This document shows positions 41,950 through 55,278 of a stretch of 64,000 bases of DNA, piece after piece; positions within the stretch are counted from its first letter, which is position 1; every line of letters begins with the position of its first letter. Origin of the DNA: Octopus vulgaris (Eukaryota); assembly GCA_951406725.2 (NCBI GenBank), contig OX597816.1, forward strand, positions 110,670,001 through 110,734,000, given 5' to 3'. Both the position numbers and the translations under genes were made by a program. Below the pieces are notes generated by a model that saw only the letters and a list, made by a program, of their open reading frames with translations, made no database searches and was not told where the DNA came from.

Positions 41950-42300
41950 ATCGTTGTATTCTTTATTGTCTTCAGGTTCATAGGCAAACGGCTGAGTTGA
42001 TCCGTGTGAAAAATGGCACACACGCGGGAACCGATGCATAGATTGGAATGCGGTTTGTATTTTTGCCTAGCCCCCATACTTACCGAGAAAATCGATTAAA
42101 ACTTTTCCAAATGGAATTCCCTATTTTGCTCCGCCATTAAAGCAACCATTTGCTTACACAGCCGGAATATACCATTTCGCTGGCAACAAGGGGAGTACAG
42201 GATGACAGTCAGCCAAAACTTTCGCTATGCTGTCTCTTCTTTCACCTCTTTGTGGGGTTAAAAATCTTCATTTTTAGTTACAGCTTCTCACTGAACTACA
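41950..42300 (+). mobile_element. Possible non-autonomous Helitron-like remnant
   Basis: aaacggctgagttgatccgtgtgaaaaatggcacacac resembles the aaacggctgaaccgat..tgaaatttggcac motif I recall from non-autonomous Helitrons; no termini identified. Confidence 0.35.
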
Positions 42301-42825
42301 TAATAGCCAGAATTGTCGGATTAAGACAGTAGGGTGTTTTGAGGGAGACTTGGCTGCTATTTCTACCAGGTCTAGCTACCATGTAGAGGTCTGAACTTAA
42401 TATTCATTCACATATTTGCATTTCAAAACTTTAGCATAATCTTTTACGTAAATTAACTACACACGCACGTCCTTTTCATATATCTTCTTTCAATTTCTGC
42501 TTTCTACAAATAAAATTTTACGGATACAGAACTTACTAAAATAGGGATTAATGTATAATCTATGGTCATAATTAAATCATTGTTTGAATGATTAGACAGC
42601 GGTCCACTAGACTATCTCTCACAAACAGACTACGTACAAATTCGTTCTTCACAACTCCTGACAAGGGTGGGGGATTCAGGAAATTTTCATACAGCTGGAG
42701 GCTCCAATCAAAACTGAAGAATCGAAATGATAAGGTTGAGAAACGCTGTTATAGATTATGCCTAACCGGAAACGATCGCAGCTACATCATCCAAACAGAC
42801 GGCGTGGAACCGGGCTTAGCAGCTA

Positions 42826-42881
<56 letters not shown>

Positions 42882-43210
42882 GATGTCTAATAAAACTATT
42901 CCGCACATACAATAACAGCCATACTAACAATAAATAAATGTTGTGTGGGAACACACAATACCTTAGATATCACCACATTCATTCAAACTTATTTCTAGGA
43001 AGGATTATATACGAATTAACACATATCTATTTCCCTAATTTCCTTATCCTTATAATCCAACGTAACCACACATACCAGAGACCAGTCAACGGGGAACTAT
43101 CAAGGTATAGTATATTATATACCAAATGGATGTATAATAAAACTATTCAATGCAATAACAGCCAAACCAACAATACATAAGTTTTGTTTGGGAACACGCA
43201 TACCTAAATT
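42882..43210 (+). repeat. About 85-bp diverged direct repeat, period 247 bp
   Basis: gatgt.taataaaactattc...caataacagcca.ac.aacaata.ataa...ttgt.tgggaacac.ca at 42882 and 43129. Confidence 0.85.
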
Positions 43211-43585
43211 TGTATATATACATTATTTAATAACAACAAAAACAGTATTAATGCCAAAAGGTATTATGCATGTCTCACTTAAACTAGATGTAGCGTTAGA
43301 ACAATGAATACTGTTTATTTACCATGCATGGTCCTGTCATATAAACGTGTTGTGCTTAAAAGTACTCATTTCTATATCGCTGACAAGCAAAACCTGTCCA
43401 CGAAAACCACTGGAACTAACTAATGACGCTATTTTGTCCTTTGTTAGGCTTGTCAATGACACACGTCTAGTACTTAATATCCCCGTCAGAGAAATATAGA
43501 ATTTCAGTGCATAGACAGGCACCGATGGTAGAAATAGCTACTGGGCTTATTTAAAAGTAATTAAAAGTGACGGAAATAGTATTAA

Positions 43586-43669
43586 TATCGGTCTCAAATG
43601 TTGGCTCAAGGTCAGCGATTTCGGGGAAGGGGAAGAGTCGATTACGTCGACTCTAATGCTGAACTGGAT
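43586..43669 (-). mobile_element. SINE family B 3' fragment
   Basis: Reverse complement ccagttcagcattagagtcgacgtaatcgactcttcccc...ccttgagccaacatttgagacc. Confidence 0.7.
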
Positions 43670-45400
43670 TCTCAAAAACTATAATCTTTCTATGTCATTT
43701 GAAAATAACACCCAAGTAACTAAATTCTTAGATGTCAATCACGACTTAGGTGCGAACCTCTATTGCCCTTACCATAAACCGAATGGTTTAGAATATATCA
43801 ATGTCCAATCCAATCACTCTACATGTTAAATAACCAAGCACCTTACTATAAATAGGGTGTCAGATTTCCAGCTACCGCGAGATCTTTTGTAGCCCCGATA
43901 TTAAACTAAAAACAAAACTTGCATTTCTCATTCCCAATATGGATCTTTACCCCCGATAACCCTACCTCTATCACTCCACTTCCCATCGACCAGCAACTGA
44001 ATTCCTCCATACCCAGTACTCGTTCGCTCTTTGGGCAGCGTCTCGGGCTAAATAATTTCAATCCTCCCCAAGCAGATCTGTCCATCACATCCCCGCTTTC
44101 TAAACCCTCCAAGGGTAGAAAGCGGTTGATCTCATGTTTCGGGCTGCCATTCTCTCTTTAGGTTCAGTCTTTAATCAAGCCTTTTGCTTCTTTTCAAAAC
44201 TGCGATTCTCCACTACAATATAAATCCTACCCCGTCTCTCATTGATCTACTCTGCAACACCAAACTTAAGATCTATAGGTGCATCTTGTAACAGTTGCAA
44301 ACTAAGCCACCTGATTGTGGATCCTACGGTTTATTCAACTGAAACCAACTTCAATCACTTGATAATAATACTAAGAAACTCAGAAACCCTGCTCACTTCA
44401 ATAATAGCAACCCCGGTTCTACCACTTCTACTACTAGCAACTCGATCACATATAATAGCGGTGACACCCCCTCCATCCCAATACTGGCAATGATAACATC
44501 TCGACGGTCCTTATTTGAGGATAGCAGATCATAGGAACCAGACCAGAATAGGGATAAATCCTAAGCCCATTGGATGGCTTTTGCATATACTATAATGTAG
44601 TAGATAAATTCTGGGTAAGAGCACCAAATTCCCATCAGGCTAGGATATACAATTGCAGCACCGTTGATTTGAAGCCCCGCTACCGGGCTCCCATGAATTC
44701 TTTCTCAAATTTAGCATCTAGACTCTCCACTCTACTTGCTGCATACATACACAACCTAAAGTTCCAGAATACTCCCTATACCTTATCATGATCTATTGTT
44801 GATATTAATAACCGAAGTGTTTGTAAATTGTTTTCAAGGGAGTCGCCTGCTACATTTCGTTCACGTTACTGAATAGGTTCTATGACGTAATCCTTTTATG
44901 TAAATACAAATTATCTTCCATGTTTTCCCATTACGCAAACTTTCTATAATCTCTTCTAATTATGATTAAGTCAAAAGTTGTTACTTAGCTATATTGGAAG
45001 CATAATCCTTCTTTTCTCATACTATCTCCATCTCTCTCTCAATCTATTCTCCTTGCAGTTTTCTACATATCTCAGTATAACTTCCTTCTACGCTACCCCA
45101 GCATTATTTCTTGAATTCTTTACTTGCCTCTCCCTGTATTTCTCTATACCCAGTTTCGGTCCTTAATCAATTTACGGCCTGCTCTTCTCAATTCTCCTCA
45201 TACTTCCTCCTCTACACCTCCCCCATTCTTTAATTAATTCCCCATCCTTTCCTATTTTTCTTCACAGCCAGCAACAATTCCTAATTGATTTAAAGTCTAC
45301 ATAGCTAATTAAAAACCTATATATCCTCTCCTTAGTATTCGGTATTTTTTATGTTCGATATAATATTTGTTTAAACATATAAATATCTCTATGCCTGTAC
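43670..45400 (+). mobile_element. Penelope-like element: RT thumb, linker, GIY-YIG, C/T-rich 3' region
   Basis: NTQVTKFLDVNHDLGANLYCPYHKPNGLEYINVQSNHS (FLD..PY.KP..YI..SNHP), PLDGFCIYYNVV, LKPRYRAPMNSF, STLLAAYIHNLK. Confidence 0.82.
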
Positions 45401-45432
45401 ATATGTGTTTATCTTCTGATTATATATTTAGT

Positions 45433-45478
<46 letters not shown>

Positions 45479-45484
45479 TATATG

Positions 45485-45804
45485 TATCACCGTGATCACC
45501 GTGATCACCGTGACCGACCAGGCTATCAGATGTTGCTACATATCGCTAGTCACAATGCGCTTCGCATTGTTTTAGCCTACAAATGACGCCACACCGCTGG
45601 CTATGCGAGCAGGCAAACAGAAGAAAGAGAGAGACAAAGTTGTGGCGAAAGAATACAGCAGGGGTAGCCACCCCCCCTGCCGGGGCCTCTCGGGGCTGTC
45701 GGTGTTTTCGCTCAATAAACTCTCACAACGCCCGGTCTGGGAATCGAAACCGCGATCACTATGACCGCGAGTTCGCTGCCCTAACCACTGGGCCGTTGCG
45801 CCTC
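45485..45804 (-). mobile_element. tRNA-derived SINE, family A, with 9-bp tandem-repeat tail
   Basis: Same head as the 2694 copy; the tail reads (atcaccgtg)x3 on the plus strand; inserted within (TA)n. Confidence 0.9.
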
Positions 45805-46148
45805 CACATACACACTAATATATATATATATATATGTGTGTGTATATATATGTATACAATGTATGTATGTTTACTTCTATGTATCACATCCAATCGTGCT
45901 TAACAGTATCACTATCTCCATACCATATCAACTCAACTGGATTTCTCTTATAGTCACTTTATAACCCGTGGATCTACTCCTCGATAAAGATTTGGGAGTT
46001 TAAGTACAAATCATTTAGTGCTAACATTTGGAACGTGAGAATCTTTTTAAGTAATTTAGGTTGTGTGTAGCTTTTAATGATTTTACGTATGTTTAGAATT
46101 TCCTTTAATTTGGTGTCCTTATGAAGTATTGGTACATTTTCGCCTGAT

Positions 46149-47635
46149 GTGGATAAATCCACAACTCCCGCCAGTCACATACTTCATATCAAATATAGTA
46201 ATATTCCATATAACTTGTCATGGTTCATAATAGATTCAGAACTTCCATACCAGAGTAAACGCCCATCCTGTAAGCTTTGCCTAAAAGAGTCCTTCCACAT
46301 ATTAAAACACAACTCTTCAATACTATTAAATAAGTATATTGAGACCCCAGATACATGCAACCACAGCTCTTTTCATACCATCAAATTTTACTACAAATCT
46401 AAATGCAACCTAAATCACCACACAGTATATATACCGAACATCTCTTAGGTAATCTGCAAAACCTTTATTTGACTTGCCAATGTCTTTAACTGTCAATTTT
46501 AAATTTTAATATCTTAATTGCTTTATAATACTTTTAAAATACTTTTATATATATATATATATATAAACATGTGTGTATACATACATTCATATATATATAG
46601 ACACATATATATGCATTTATCTGTATGGATATAGGTACATAAGTATGCGGGCATATATAATAGCGCATATACACATTTTTATCTAAATGCCTACACGAGT
46701 GTGTATGACTTTCTTTCTGATACAACAGCCCCACAATCACTTTAGCTAGTACAATAAATACCTACGTCTATTTTTAGAAAATATCTTATTATTCTTATAA
46801 TTATAAGAATATCTTATTCTTCCCTTCGATTTTGACGTTTATACTCACTTTAGTACACCCCGCGCCATTTTCGTTACCTAACTCTCCACCGTAGTGTCAT
46901 TAAAACATATCACTCTACATCCCAATTCTCACATATATTCCTTCCTTAATTCTTATCTCTTTCTTCTATCCCGCGCCTAGTCTTATTTCCTCCCCTATTC
47001 CTTTTGACTAATACCATTCTCCTCCTAATATATATCTATTCTATTTTCTCTATCTACTTATTCCTACCAGTACGTTCTCAAATTTTCATTCCCCCCACAA
47101 GTAATCTTCGAATGAACAGCACATTGATTTTATATCTCCAAACTCTCTACTTGTAATAAGCATATATGACCTCCTATCAGAATCTATATGCCATGGTGAA
47201 GGAGAAGTTTTACCCATTCAACACAGCACTTTCTTTGGATAATGGAACTGCAACTGTAGCATCCTACATATAATTTTAATTCTATTCTTATTGTCTTATT
47301 TCCCTTTATACTTCCTATATACATCCTTTATCAAACTAATTCCTTATACTGAACTATTATTTCTCTCTAGTTAACTCTCCTATATCGTCTCAGGTGAAGA
47401 GCTATCCCTAATATCCGAAATAAGCAGTAAAACTACCCCTCTCTTTATAGATATCTTATAAATTCCACACAGACTTCACTTTGTTGTCTCATTTTATTTA
47501 ACATATACACGGTCACACAAGACCCGCATTAGACTCCTCACTCATACTATTATCGAACTCAGAGTCTAACTATGGTCCTCCCTTAGGACTTACATAACAT
47601 TACCTGCATTTTGAGTCTTCTAGCTACCAATACCG

Positions 47636-47640
<5 letters not shown>
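46149..47640 (+). mobile_element. Penelope-like element 3' part (GIY-YIG C-terminus + pLTR-like region)
   Basis: STTPASHILHIKYSNIPYNLSWFII...PYQSKRPSCKLCLKESFHIL...LLNK.IE..DTCNH, then a C/T-rich UTR with a hammerhead-like remnant at 47387-47434, ending at (TA)n. Confidence 0.8.
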
Positions 47641-47676
<36 letters not shown>

Positions 47677-50248
47677 GTAAACAAATGGGCATCATGGAAT
47701 AAATTGCATTTGGTGAATATGCATTAATTGATCGGAGATTGTACCATGGCTTGTGTAGATGTACTATGAGTGAGTTGCTTTGCACAAAAAAACGCAATTT
47801 ATATATTTATTGTCATATCCACTCCTCCTGTCATTGACAGAAGCAAACGTATTGCAGAAGAACGTGGCACTTGACTTCAAGAAATTTAAATTACATCCTG
47901 GAGTTTAGGCTGCAGAATTTCGATAATGCATTTATTTCCGACTCTTCCGCTACTTTGGCCAACAATCTATTAACTCAGATATAGCATTGCTTTCTACTTA
48001 ACACAATCAACAAATATTTGTGTAATTTTACTATTGATGTAATTTCTTTTTGTTTGTGATGTTGGTGATGGTGCATCTAATATCAATTTTCCTAAATATA
48101 GTTTTTGATTATGAATATTTGTTCTTTTTTTTTATTTATTCCCGTCAACTTTTATTATAAATGACAGAAACTGCATGCAAATAAAATCCATATTAGTTTA
48201 ATCTTTCCACATGGCATTACGTTTGTCATTTTTAATTTCCTTCTTACGATTTGCTCTGATTACCACCACTGAATCTGTGTTACTTGTTTATTTCTCCGAA
48301 AATCGCAAGTTAAGAAACACATTAAATATGAAATATTAGGCAAATTTGTTGTTATAATGAGCAATCATGAAACAGTTTTGATAATAAAAGATGACAACTG
48401 ATTCCATATTAATGTTCAATTAATAGTTTTATTGAGTTTTCTGTTGCACATATTTACGTTTGTCTAAGCCTTACCACATTTTCTTTTATTTAAGTTTGTG
48501 CTCATTTACATTTAGGCTGGTAAATTTGACAGCTCTCCAAATTTTCCCCATTAGCATCCCGTTGAGAAGAAAATGTTATAAGGATTATTTATATATTTTT
48601 TCTTTGATAGATGTTAAATCAAAACTAAAAACATGAAAATTATTTAAATGAAAGCAGAAAAGCGAGAAATAAAAATAAGGTAATGCCAGTTGCAAAAAGA
48701 AAACAATGTAACAACTTCTCATTTGCAAATTCTGTCTCCAGATTTGACAGCCAATTTTATGGAATAAAATGGATTTTAGCCAAAGCATGTATGTTCCTCA
48801 AGGAAATCTTGAAAATATGACATACTTTATAAAAAAAAGAATAGAGGTATAAAATATGTAGCGCTTACTGAAGTAATGATTTGTGTGAGCGGTTTAGCTT
48901 CGACAGTTCTAGATACAAATTAGCTACACAGTAGACGTTGCTACCTGCACAAAATGAAACAATGCGTTTCCAATATTCAGACTGTCCCTAAAATATAACA
49001 TTAGCGGCCTAGAGGATTTGAAACTTTTCTAGTACCTCAAAGTATGGTGGTCATTTTCACTTCTTTTTGGGGATGGGTGAAATGATGTGAACTCAATAAT
49101 GCATCAGTTCAAATTACTGTGATCATTGTGTGAGCCCTTAACCAGTTGCTTCATTTAATAGCCGTATGACTAAAAACTCACGCAAAAACTACAATCTTAA
49201 ATTCTAAAATAAGATATTCGCAACTGTAATCATAGACGCACCATTTCAAAAAAAAAAAAGATTTATCATATTAGAACAATTTTTCCCAAAGTAGATTTCA
49301 ATCAGCGGTAATCTGAAATAATTCTTAAATATGATTACGTTAAGCATACACATTTTTTAATAAACCTGAGCTATTTTACTGTTTTTTATTCTCAATATCA
49401 CAAAAACCAAAATAAATCTCTGTAGTAAGGTTCTATAAGATGATTATTAAAAGTATTAGGATTTGAACTGACGTTGAGTTTTCGACAGGCTGCAAACAAG
49501 CATATGATTCTCATCTTCCCAACGACAGAAACATTTTTAGACATGATAAAGCATCGACATAATTTGGTTTCACTTCTATGTCATCTGTCATTCATGTTCC
49601 ATATATACTGGTAGCTAGAATCAATCTTCTAGTAACGCAAAGAAAACTATATTTTCGTTGGGTTATCTGCGGGTGGAAATCCTAGCAGAAGCGCCATAGT
49701 TTCTTTGTGCCGTGAACTCAGAATGTACAGAGCAGGAACATTTATTAGAAAATATACAGTATTACCTTCTAGCAATTCAAGATATCTCTAATCAATCACT
49801 GGGAATTTGGTGAAGGGCAAATTTGACTACAAAGTTTCGGAGCAATTAATGCATCACACAAATTATTTTCTCAATTTACCGGTTTTTTAAAGATGTATTA
49901 TGTTATATTTCTTTCTGGTCTTAGTATATGCTAAAATTTTAAACGATGAGTAAATGCTAAAAGTATCCATTGCTTGAAATCAAAATCTGTTGTTATGTAT
50001 TCTGTTAATATTGATAAGAATGGCATTGATTATAGTGATTATTAAAATAGTTACAAAATACAAACTCCGTGGGCAATAAGAAAGCGAAAGTAATTTGATT
50101 TGACGTTGTGACAAATCTTTATTTTATGAATCGGCAAATACATAGTTAAACTATATTTTTAAGTAATTACATATGTGGGTGTAACATTTCTGCCACTCAG
50201 TTGCATTAATGTTAATGACTTATATTGATTGATATTCTTAATTTTAAA

Positions 50249-50622
50249 GCGGCGAGCTGGCAGAAACGCTAGTACTTCGGGCGAAATGCGTAGCGGTATT
50301 TTGTTTGCGTTACGTTGTGAGTTCAAATTCCGCCGAGGTCGACTTTGCCTTTCATCTTTTCGGGGTCGATAAATTAAGTACCAGTTACGCATATACCTAT
50401 GTCTGTCCTTGTTTGTCCCCTCTGTGTTTAGCCCCTTGTGGGTAATAAAGAAATAGGTATTTTGTCTGTCTTTACGTTCTGCATTCATATTCCACCGAGG
50501 TTAACTTTGATTTCATTCTTTTGGGTGCCGATGAATTAAGTACCAGGTACGTACTGAGGTCGATCTAATCGACTGGCCCCCTTCTCCAAAATTGCAGGTC
50601 TTGTGCCTGGAGTAGAAAAGGC
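50249..50622 (+). mobile_element. SINE family B, dimeric form with imperfect 15-bp TSD
   Basis: The central block ggtatttt...ttcaaattccgccgaggtcgactttgcctttcat...aattaagtaccag is present twice. Flanks: tattcttaattttaa / tatttctaattttaa. Confidence 0.9.
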
Positions 50623-52726
50623 TATTTCTAATTTTAATAACAATCCAAAGTATGATTGTTATTAAACCCAAAAAACTGACAACGTGAAAAACAACAGTAA
50701 AATGAAAAAGGAAGAGCTGAAAAGGATCTTGGAAATAATATAAAGTCTAACAATAGTATGATCCCTGTTTGTGAGATCGAAAATAATTGCTTCTCGCTCC
50801 GTATTGAATTATACGTGGAACCAATGCAAAAATTTAAGTAGAAAACGTTAGTCTCCGGTTCTACTTTGAAATGTCAAGCAGACAATAAATGTGAGAGAGA
50901 GAGAGGGCTAAGATGAAAAAATATAGAGAGTATGGAGATGGAGAAAAAAAGAACAAGAAAGAATGAAATCATGAAAGAAAACGAAAAGGAAAGCATAAAA
51001 CTGCGTTTTGACAATGTATTTGCAATATCTTTAGGGGAAAAAGATGTTTTTCTCCCAAAATATATTCTGTAAGCTTTGCAATGTATTTGAAAGCCAATTT
51101 ATTAATCTCTGAAAAACAAATATTTTGTTTTATTATGTTTTTAAATATATTTATTTTTGTACTTTCATTTAGTATTAAACACCTTTGTATTTAGCTATAT
51201 TCTATGCCTGTTTGTATTTTATCGATAAACACGCCAATGCATATATATGTGTGTATATTGAAACACTGCCACACATAAACACATGTACACACGTAAACAC
51301 ATACATACACACGCAAGCGGTTTTGTATATGCATGTGTTTCTGTGTCAATGTAGATATATTTATATATAATTTTGATATTCGTGTTTTGTGAATCTAATA
51401 CTTTAGAAATTACAAGTTGCATTGTGAATAATCAAATTGTACATACCGCATGTAGGTATATTCTGTGAACATTAGCATAAATTGTGGATTGCAAATTAGG
51501 ATGTAAAATTTTAAAAACTTTAGAAAGTTTATGTAACTGTTTCAATATCTCAAACCCTATTAAAATATATTTATTGGGAATTGCACGAGAAATACAGAAA
51601 TAGATATTGATGCAGAAATATGTTTCTACATCAATATTTCTTTTCTGCATCAATAAGACAATGGTAAAAACGTAAATGCATGCATTTCAAAGAATATCGC
51701 CAGATTTTGTTCTTAGTGGTGATTGCAAATGTAGGAGAACGTAATTGAAACTATAAACGAAAAACTATAAGGAACGCGATTAAAGTTTTAAATGCCTATC
51801 TAAATGAAATGCATTGCAGAGTAAACTTTAAACTCAACAATGGCCTTCCTCCCTTGATTGAGAATACATCTATTCTATTGTAATCTTGAAGATTGTATAT
51901 AAAGTGAAAATAGTAATGATTCATTCATATTTATGAACATATTGTACCCCATAAAGCTATATGTGTAATACCGACACTAAACGCTTTTCAAAACTATATA
52001 TTTATTTATGTTTTCATCTGCTTTCGTAGCATATTAATTTCTAATGTGTATACATGATTACATTTTGCAAGAATGATATTTCATGTTGTTCTGATTCAAT
52101 AATGATTGATTCATTATTGATCTGACGATAAATTCTGGGTTTAACAAGTTATGTGGAAGGTGTATTATTACTATGCATGTAACATATCTGAGGCAGACAC
52201 AATGAGAAACATCACAAATTTCTCAAACCATTGTCCCAATATGCTGAAAGCCAAGCAAGAGCATAAGTGTGAATTGCCGTTATTATTCTAAGATAAATCT
52301 ATAAATCACTGCCGTGACAATAGAAGATGCCAAGAATACAAATAGAATGTAATATTATGCAAAACGAAAGCCAATAAATGTATTTGCATTTATTTTTAAA
52401 ATGTCGAAGATAAAATTTTCTTTAAAGCATGAAATAACAAAGAAGTAAACTGCGAATTTTATTTTTCACAAGTTCTCAAATAGAATGAAATAAGTTAAAA
52501 ATTAGCAATTTCGTCATGAATAAGATTTTATTGTTACATTTTTGTTCCTATATTCAAATCATAGATTTAAAAGTATGGAATCTGAGTGGATAGCATTCAA
52601 GAGTAGACAATTTGAAAGACACATGTTCACTTGCTTTGAGTGATTAATTAGAGCAATTTCCTACTCATTCAAATTTGTCAATTTATAGAATGCACAACTT
52701 TTGATAGACTGGAAAAAATGATATAG

Positions 52727-52769
52727 ATTATTATTATTGTTGTTGTTATTATTATTATCATTATTATTA

Positions 52770-52853
<84 letters not shown>
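52727..52853. repeat. (TTA)n microsatellite
   Basis: Direct reading; source of the poly-N/poly-I ORFs. Confidence 0.98.
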
Positions 52854-52854
<1 letters not shown>

Positions 52855-52857
<3 letters not shown>

Positions 52858-53300
52858 CATGCTCACACACATAGAAAAAGAGAATGAGTTGTTTAGAAAG
52901 CAATTACAAGCTACTTTAGTTAGAAGGGATGTTGTTTTCAGAGTGACAACAAGAACTTTGCATAAGATATTGGCAGAATACATGACGGCATTTTCCTGTC
53001 AGTTGATAATACATATTTCATTTTCGGTATCCTTTAACCTCTGAGTTAGCAGTTTTGGTGCTGCACCAAATGCCTCAGATGAAGAGTTGTCACATATCTT
53101 TTCACAATCCAATCATTTCTCTGGCAAGATCCTAATATTTTTTTCAATTTCTCTTCTCTTTTATCATATGATATTACAATCTCTATGATCTAAAAACGTT
53201 TGTCTTTGTCCTATGCAATCATATCTGTTCTCCATACTTCAACAGAATGTAAGTAGCAGAATATCCTTTAATTCGCATTCCACATCATAGATTGGGCTCA
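52855..53300 (-). mobile_element. R4/Dong-like retrotransposon 3' end
   Basis: Minus strand RTDMIA*DKDK..IIEI..SYDK..KY.DLAREMIGL*, AFGAAPKLLTQRL, QENAVMYSANILCKVL; runs into (TAA)n. Confidence 0.8.
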
Positions 53301-54328
53301 TGCTCATATGCCTAACATTCGAATACACTTTTTCCCCTATATATTCACACTTCTTGTTATACTCTATTTTCACTAACTTACTGTCTTCTCTTAAGAAACA
53401 GTTAATATTTTCGTTTCCTTTTCACAAATTCTGCATTTATTCTCCGATGTATGTTTATCATTATATGTTTATCAAATCCTCTTTAATTGTTAGTCTGTTT
53501 GCGGTAATGATTAGTATTTTATCTATCAATCACAAGCAATGTTCTTTAGAACCATCAGCCATAATATGTGGCATATATTCGCGATGAAATTCCTTCTATT
53601 TCCAGCTGTTTTGCTTCTGTCTTTCGTTGCTTTGTTTTTGTATACTCCTACTCTTTTCTTCTATAAGACGTTGGACACTTCTAGCTGTTAACAGGGTTCT
53701 TCTTTCGCTACACACAACATAGTTTTCTTTTCAAACACCGTTAAACTGATAGTTCATTTGCATTGTAATCTTTTCCAAAAGATGGCCAAAATATGTTTAA
53801 TATACCAAAAATGAAGAAAATCTGAGAGTACTTTGAGATAAAAATATACCTAGAGTTATATTTGATGTAAACCACATGAGAAAACTTCTGCTAAACCATG
53901 CTTCCGTTGTTAGATTATTATATTAATTATCTTTTAATTTGTTGCTATTATTTACAATTATATACTAATTGGTTTATATTATATACAAGCTTATATTTGC
54001 AACATGCTTCAAATTTACAAACAAAGAATCAAGATTTGTTTCAATTATTAAACCAATGAAAATTTCTGTAATCAAAAAATCTAAATCTCAGATTGATCGG
54101 TAGATGGAATAATGCGTTTTTAGCACATACATCAATATATATTAATAGGTATTTCTAGATGTTTTCATTCGTAATCTTTACAGTTTGACCAATCAATTAT
54201 TATTTTCTTACACATACGGAAATTTAGAAGCATTTCATATATATATATATGTCTAAATATGGTAATCGACGCCATGTTTAAAAGAAATTGTACAATCGTT
54301 CTTAAGAGTTATTATATTATATAAAATA

Positions 54329-55278
54329 TGTCTTGAAAGGCACAACAATGCACTATAATAACAACAGTGGACTATAATAACTGTTATAATTAATCATCCA
54401 TAGTCTTATATATTACTTCGGAATATAATTTTTTTTTCTTCAGATACCCACTCTACATGGTTCCTTGAGATATTGAAAACCAACAGGTACCCTATATCCA
54501 TTGTAAATGACGAACACGCTGAACACACAGAAAACAACCGAGCAACCCAATCAATACACACTAGTAAACTGTATCATCCGTGACACGGATTTATGCAAAC
54601 GGGTACATATTGTGTATAGAATACAATGTAAAAAATACAACAAGTTCTATGTGGGTCGTTGCACATTCACATCAAAGAACATCTGAACACGAGAGCCTCC
54701 TACTTCAGAAAATATCTAGACAGATGCCGGGACACCGATAAAAGCATAATTGTCACGTTTGAGGCCAAAGAAAGAAATTTGGGTAATCTAAGAATGAAGG
54801 AAGCTATCCTCAAAGTCAGACTAGGGCCCCAATTTAACAAGCTCGAGGTTGGCAGTCAATATATTATGTAGCTACATCTGAATGCGTGTAGTTTCATTTT
54901 TGATAACATGCATATACTTTGTTTATAAATAAAAAAAAACGGAAGAAGAGAAAAAAGGAAACTGCACGTATAATACATAACTTAGGAATAGCGCTACGGA
55001 TGTGCCAGCACACACGAGCTTGAGGCATGGCCGCCGTTACTCACTTCTCATGAAGAATTTCAGAAGGAGCTTTGTGAGAACACTATAGAGACGTTTCAAA
55101 GAACAAAAAACTCTTGGAAAACCGATTACAGCAGTGACTCGATCAATTCGTGGGGATATTTGAAGAAGCAATTTTTATATTCCGGAATATTATATTAGAC
55201 TATGGACGATTAAATTATAACAGTCATTATTATAGGCCATTATTATTATTATATTGCATTGCTGTGCCATTAAAGACA
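54329..55278 (+). mobile_element. Penelope-like GIY-YIG fragment bracketed by about 100-bp inverted repeats
   Basis: IVYRIQCKKYNKFYVGR, HIKEHLNTRASYFRKYL, LRMKEAIL..PQFNK. 54329-54428 aligns with the reverse complement of 55175-55278. Confidence 0.85.

Noticed and set aside
45485-45512. Short direct-repeat array (CRISPR-like?)
   Set aside because: Three contiguous 9-mers with no spacers; a SINE tail in eukaryotic DNA.
46790-46811. 22-bp palindrome tattcttataattataagaata
   Set aside because: Almost all A/T within an AT-rich TE UTR; low information.
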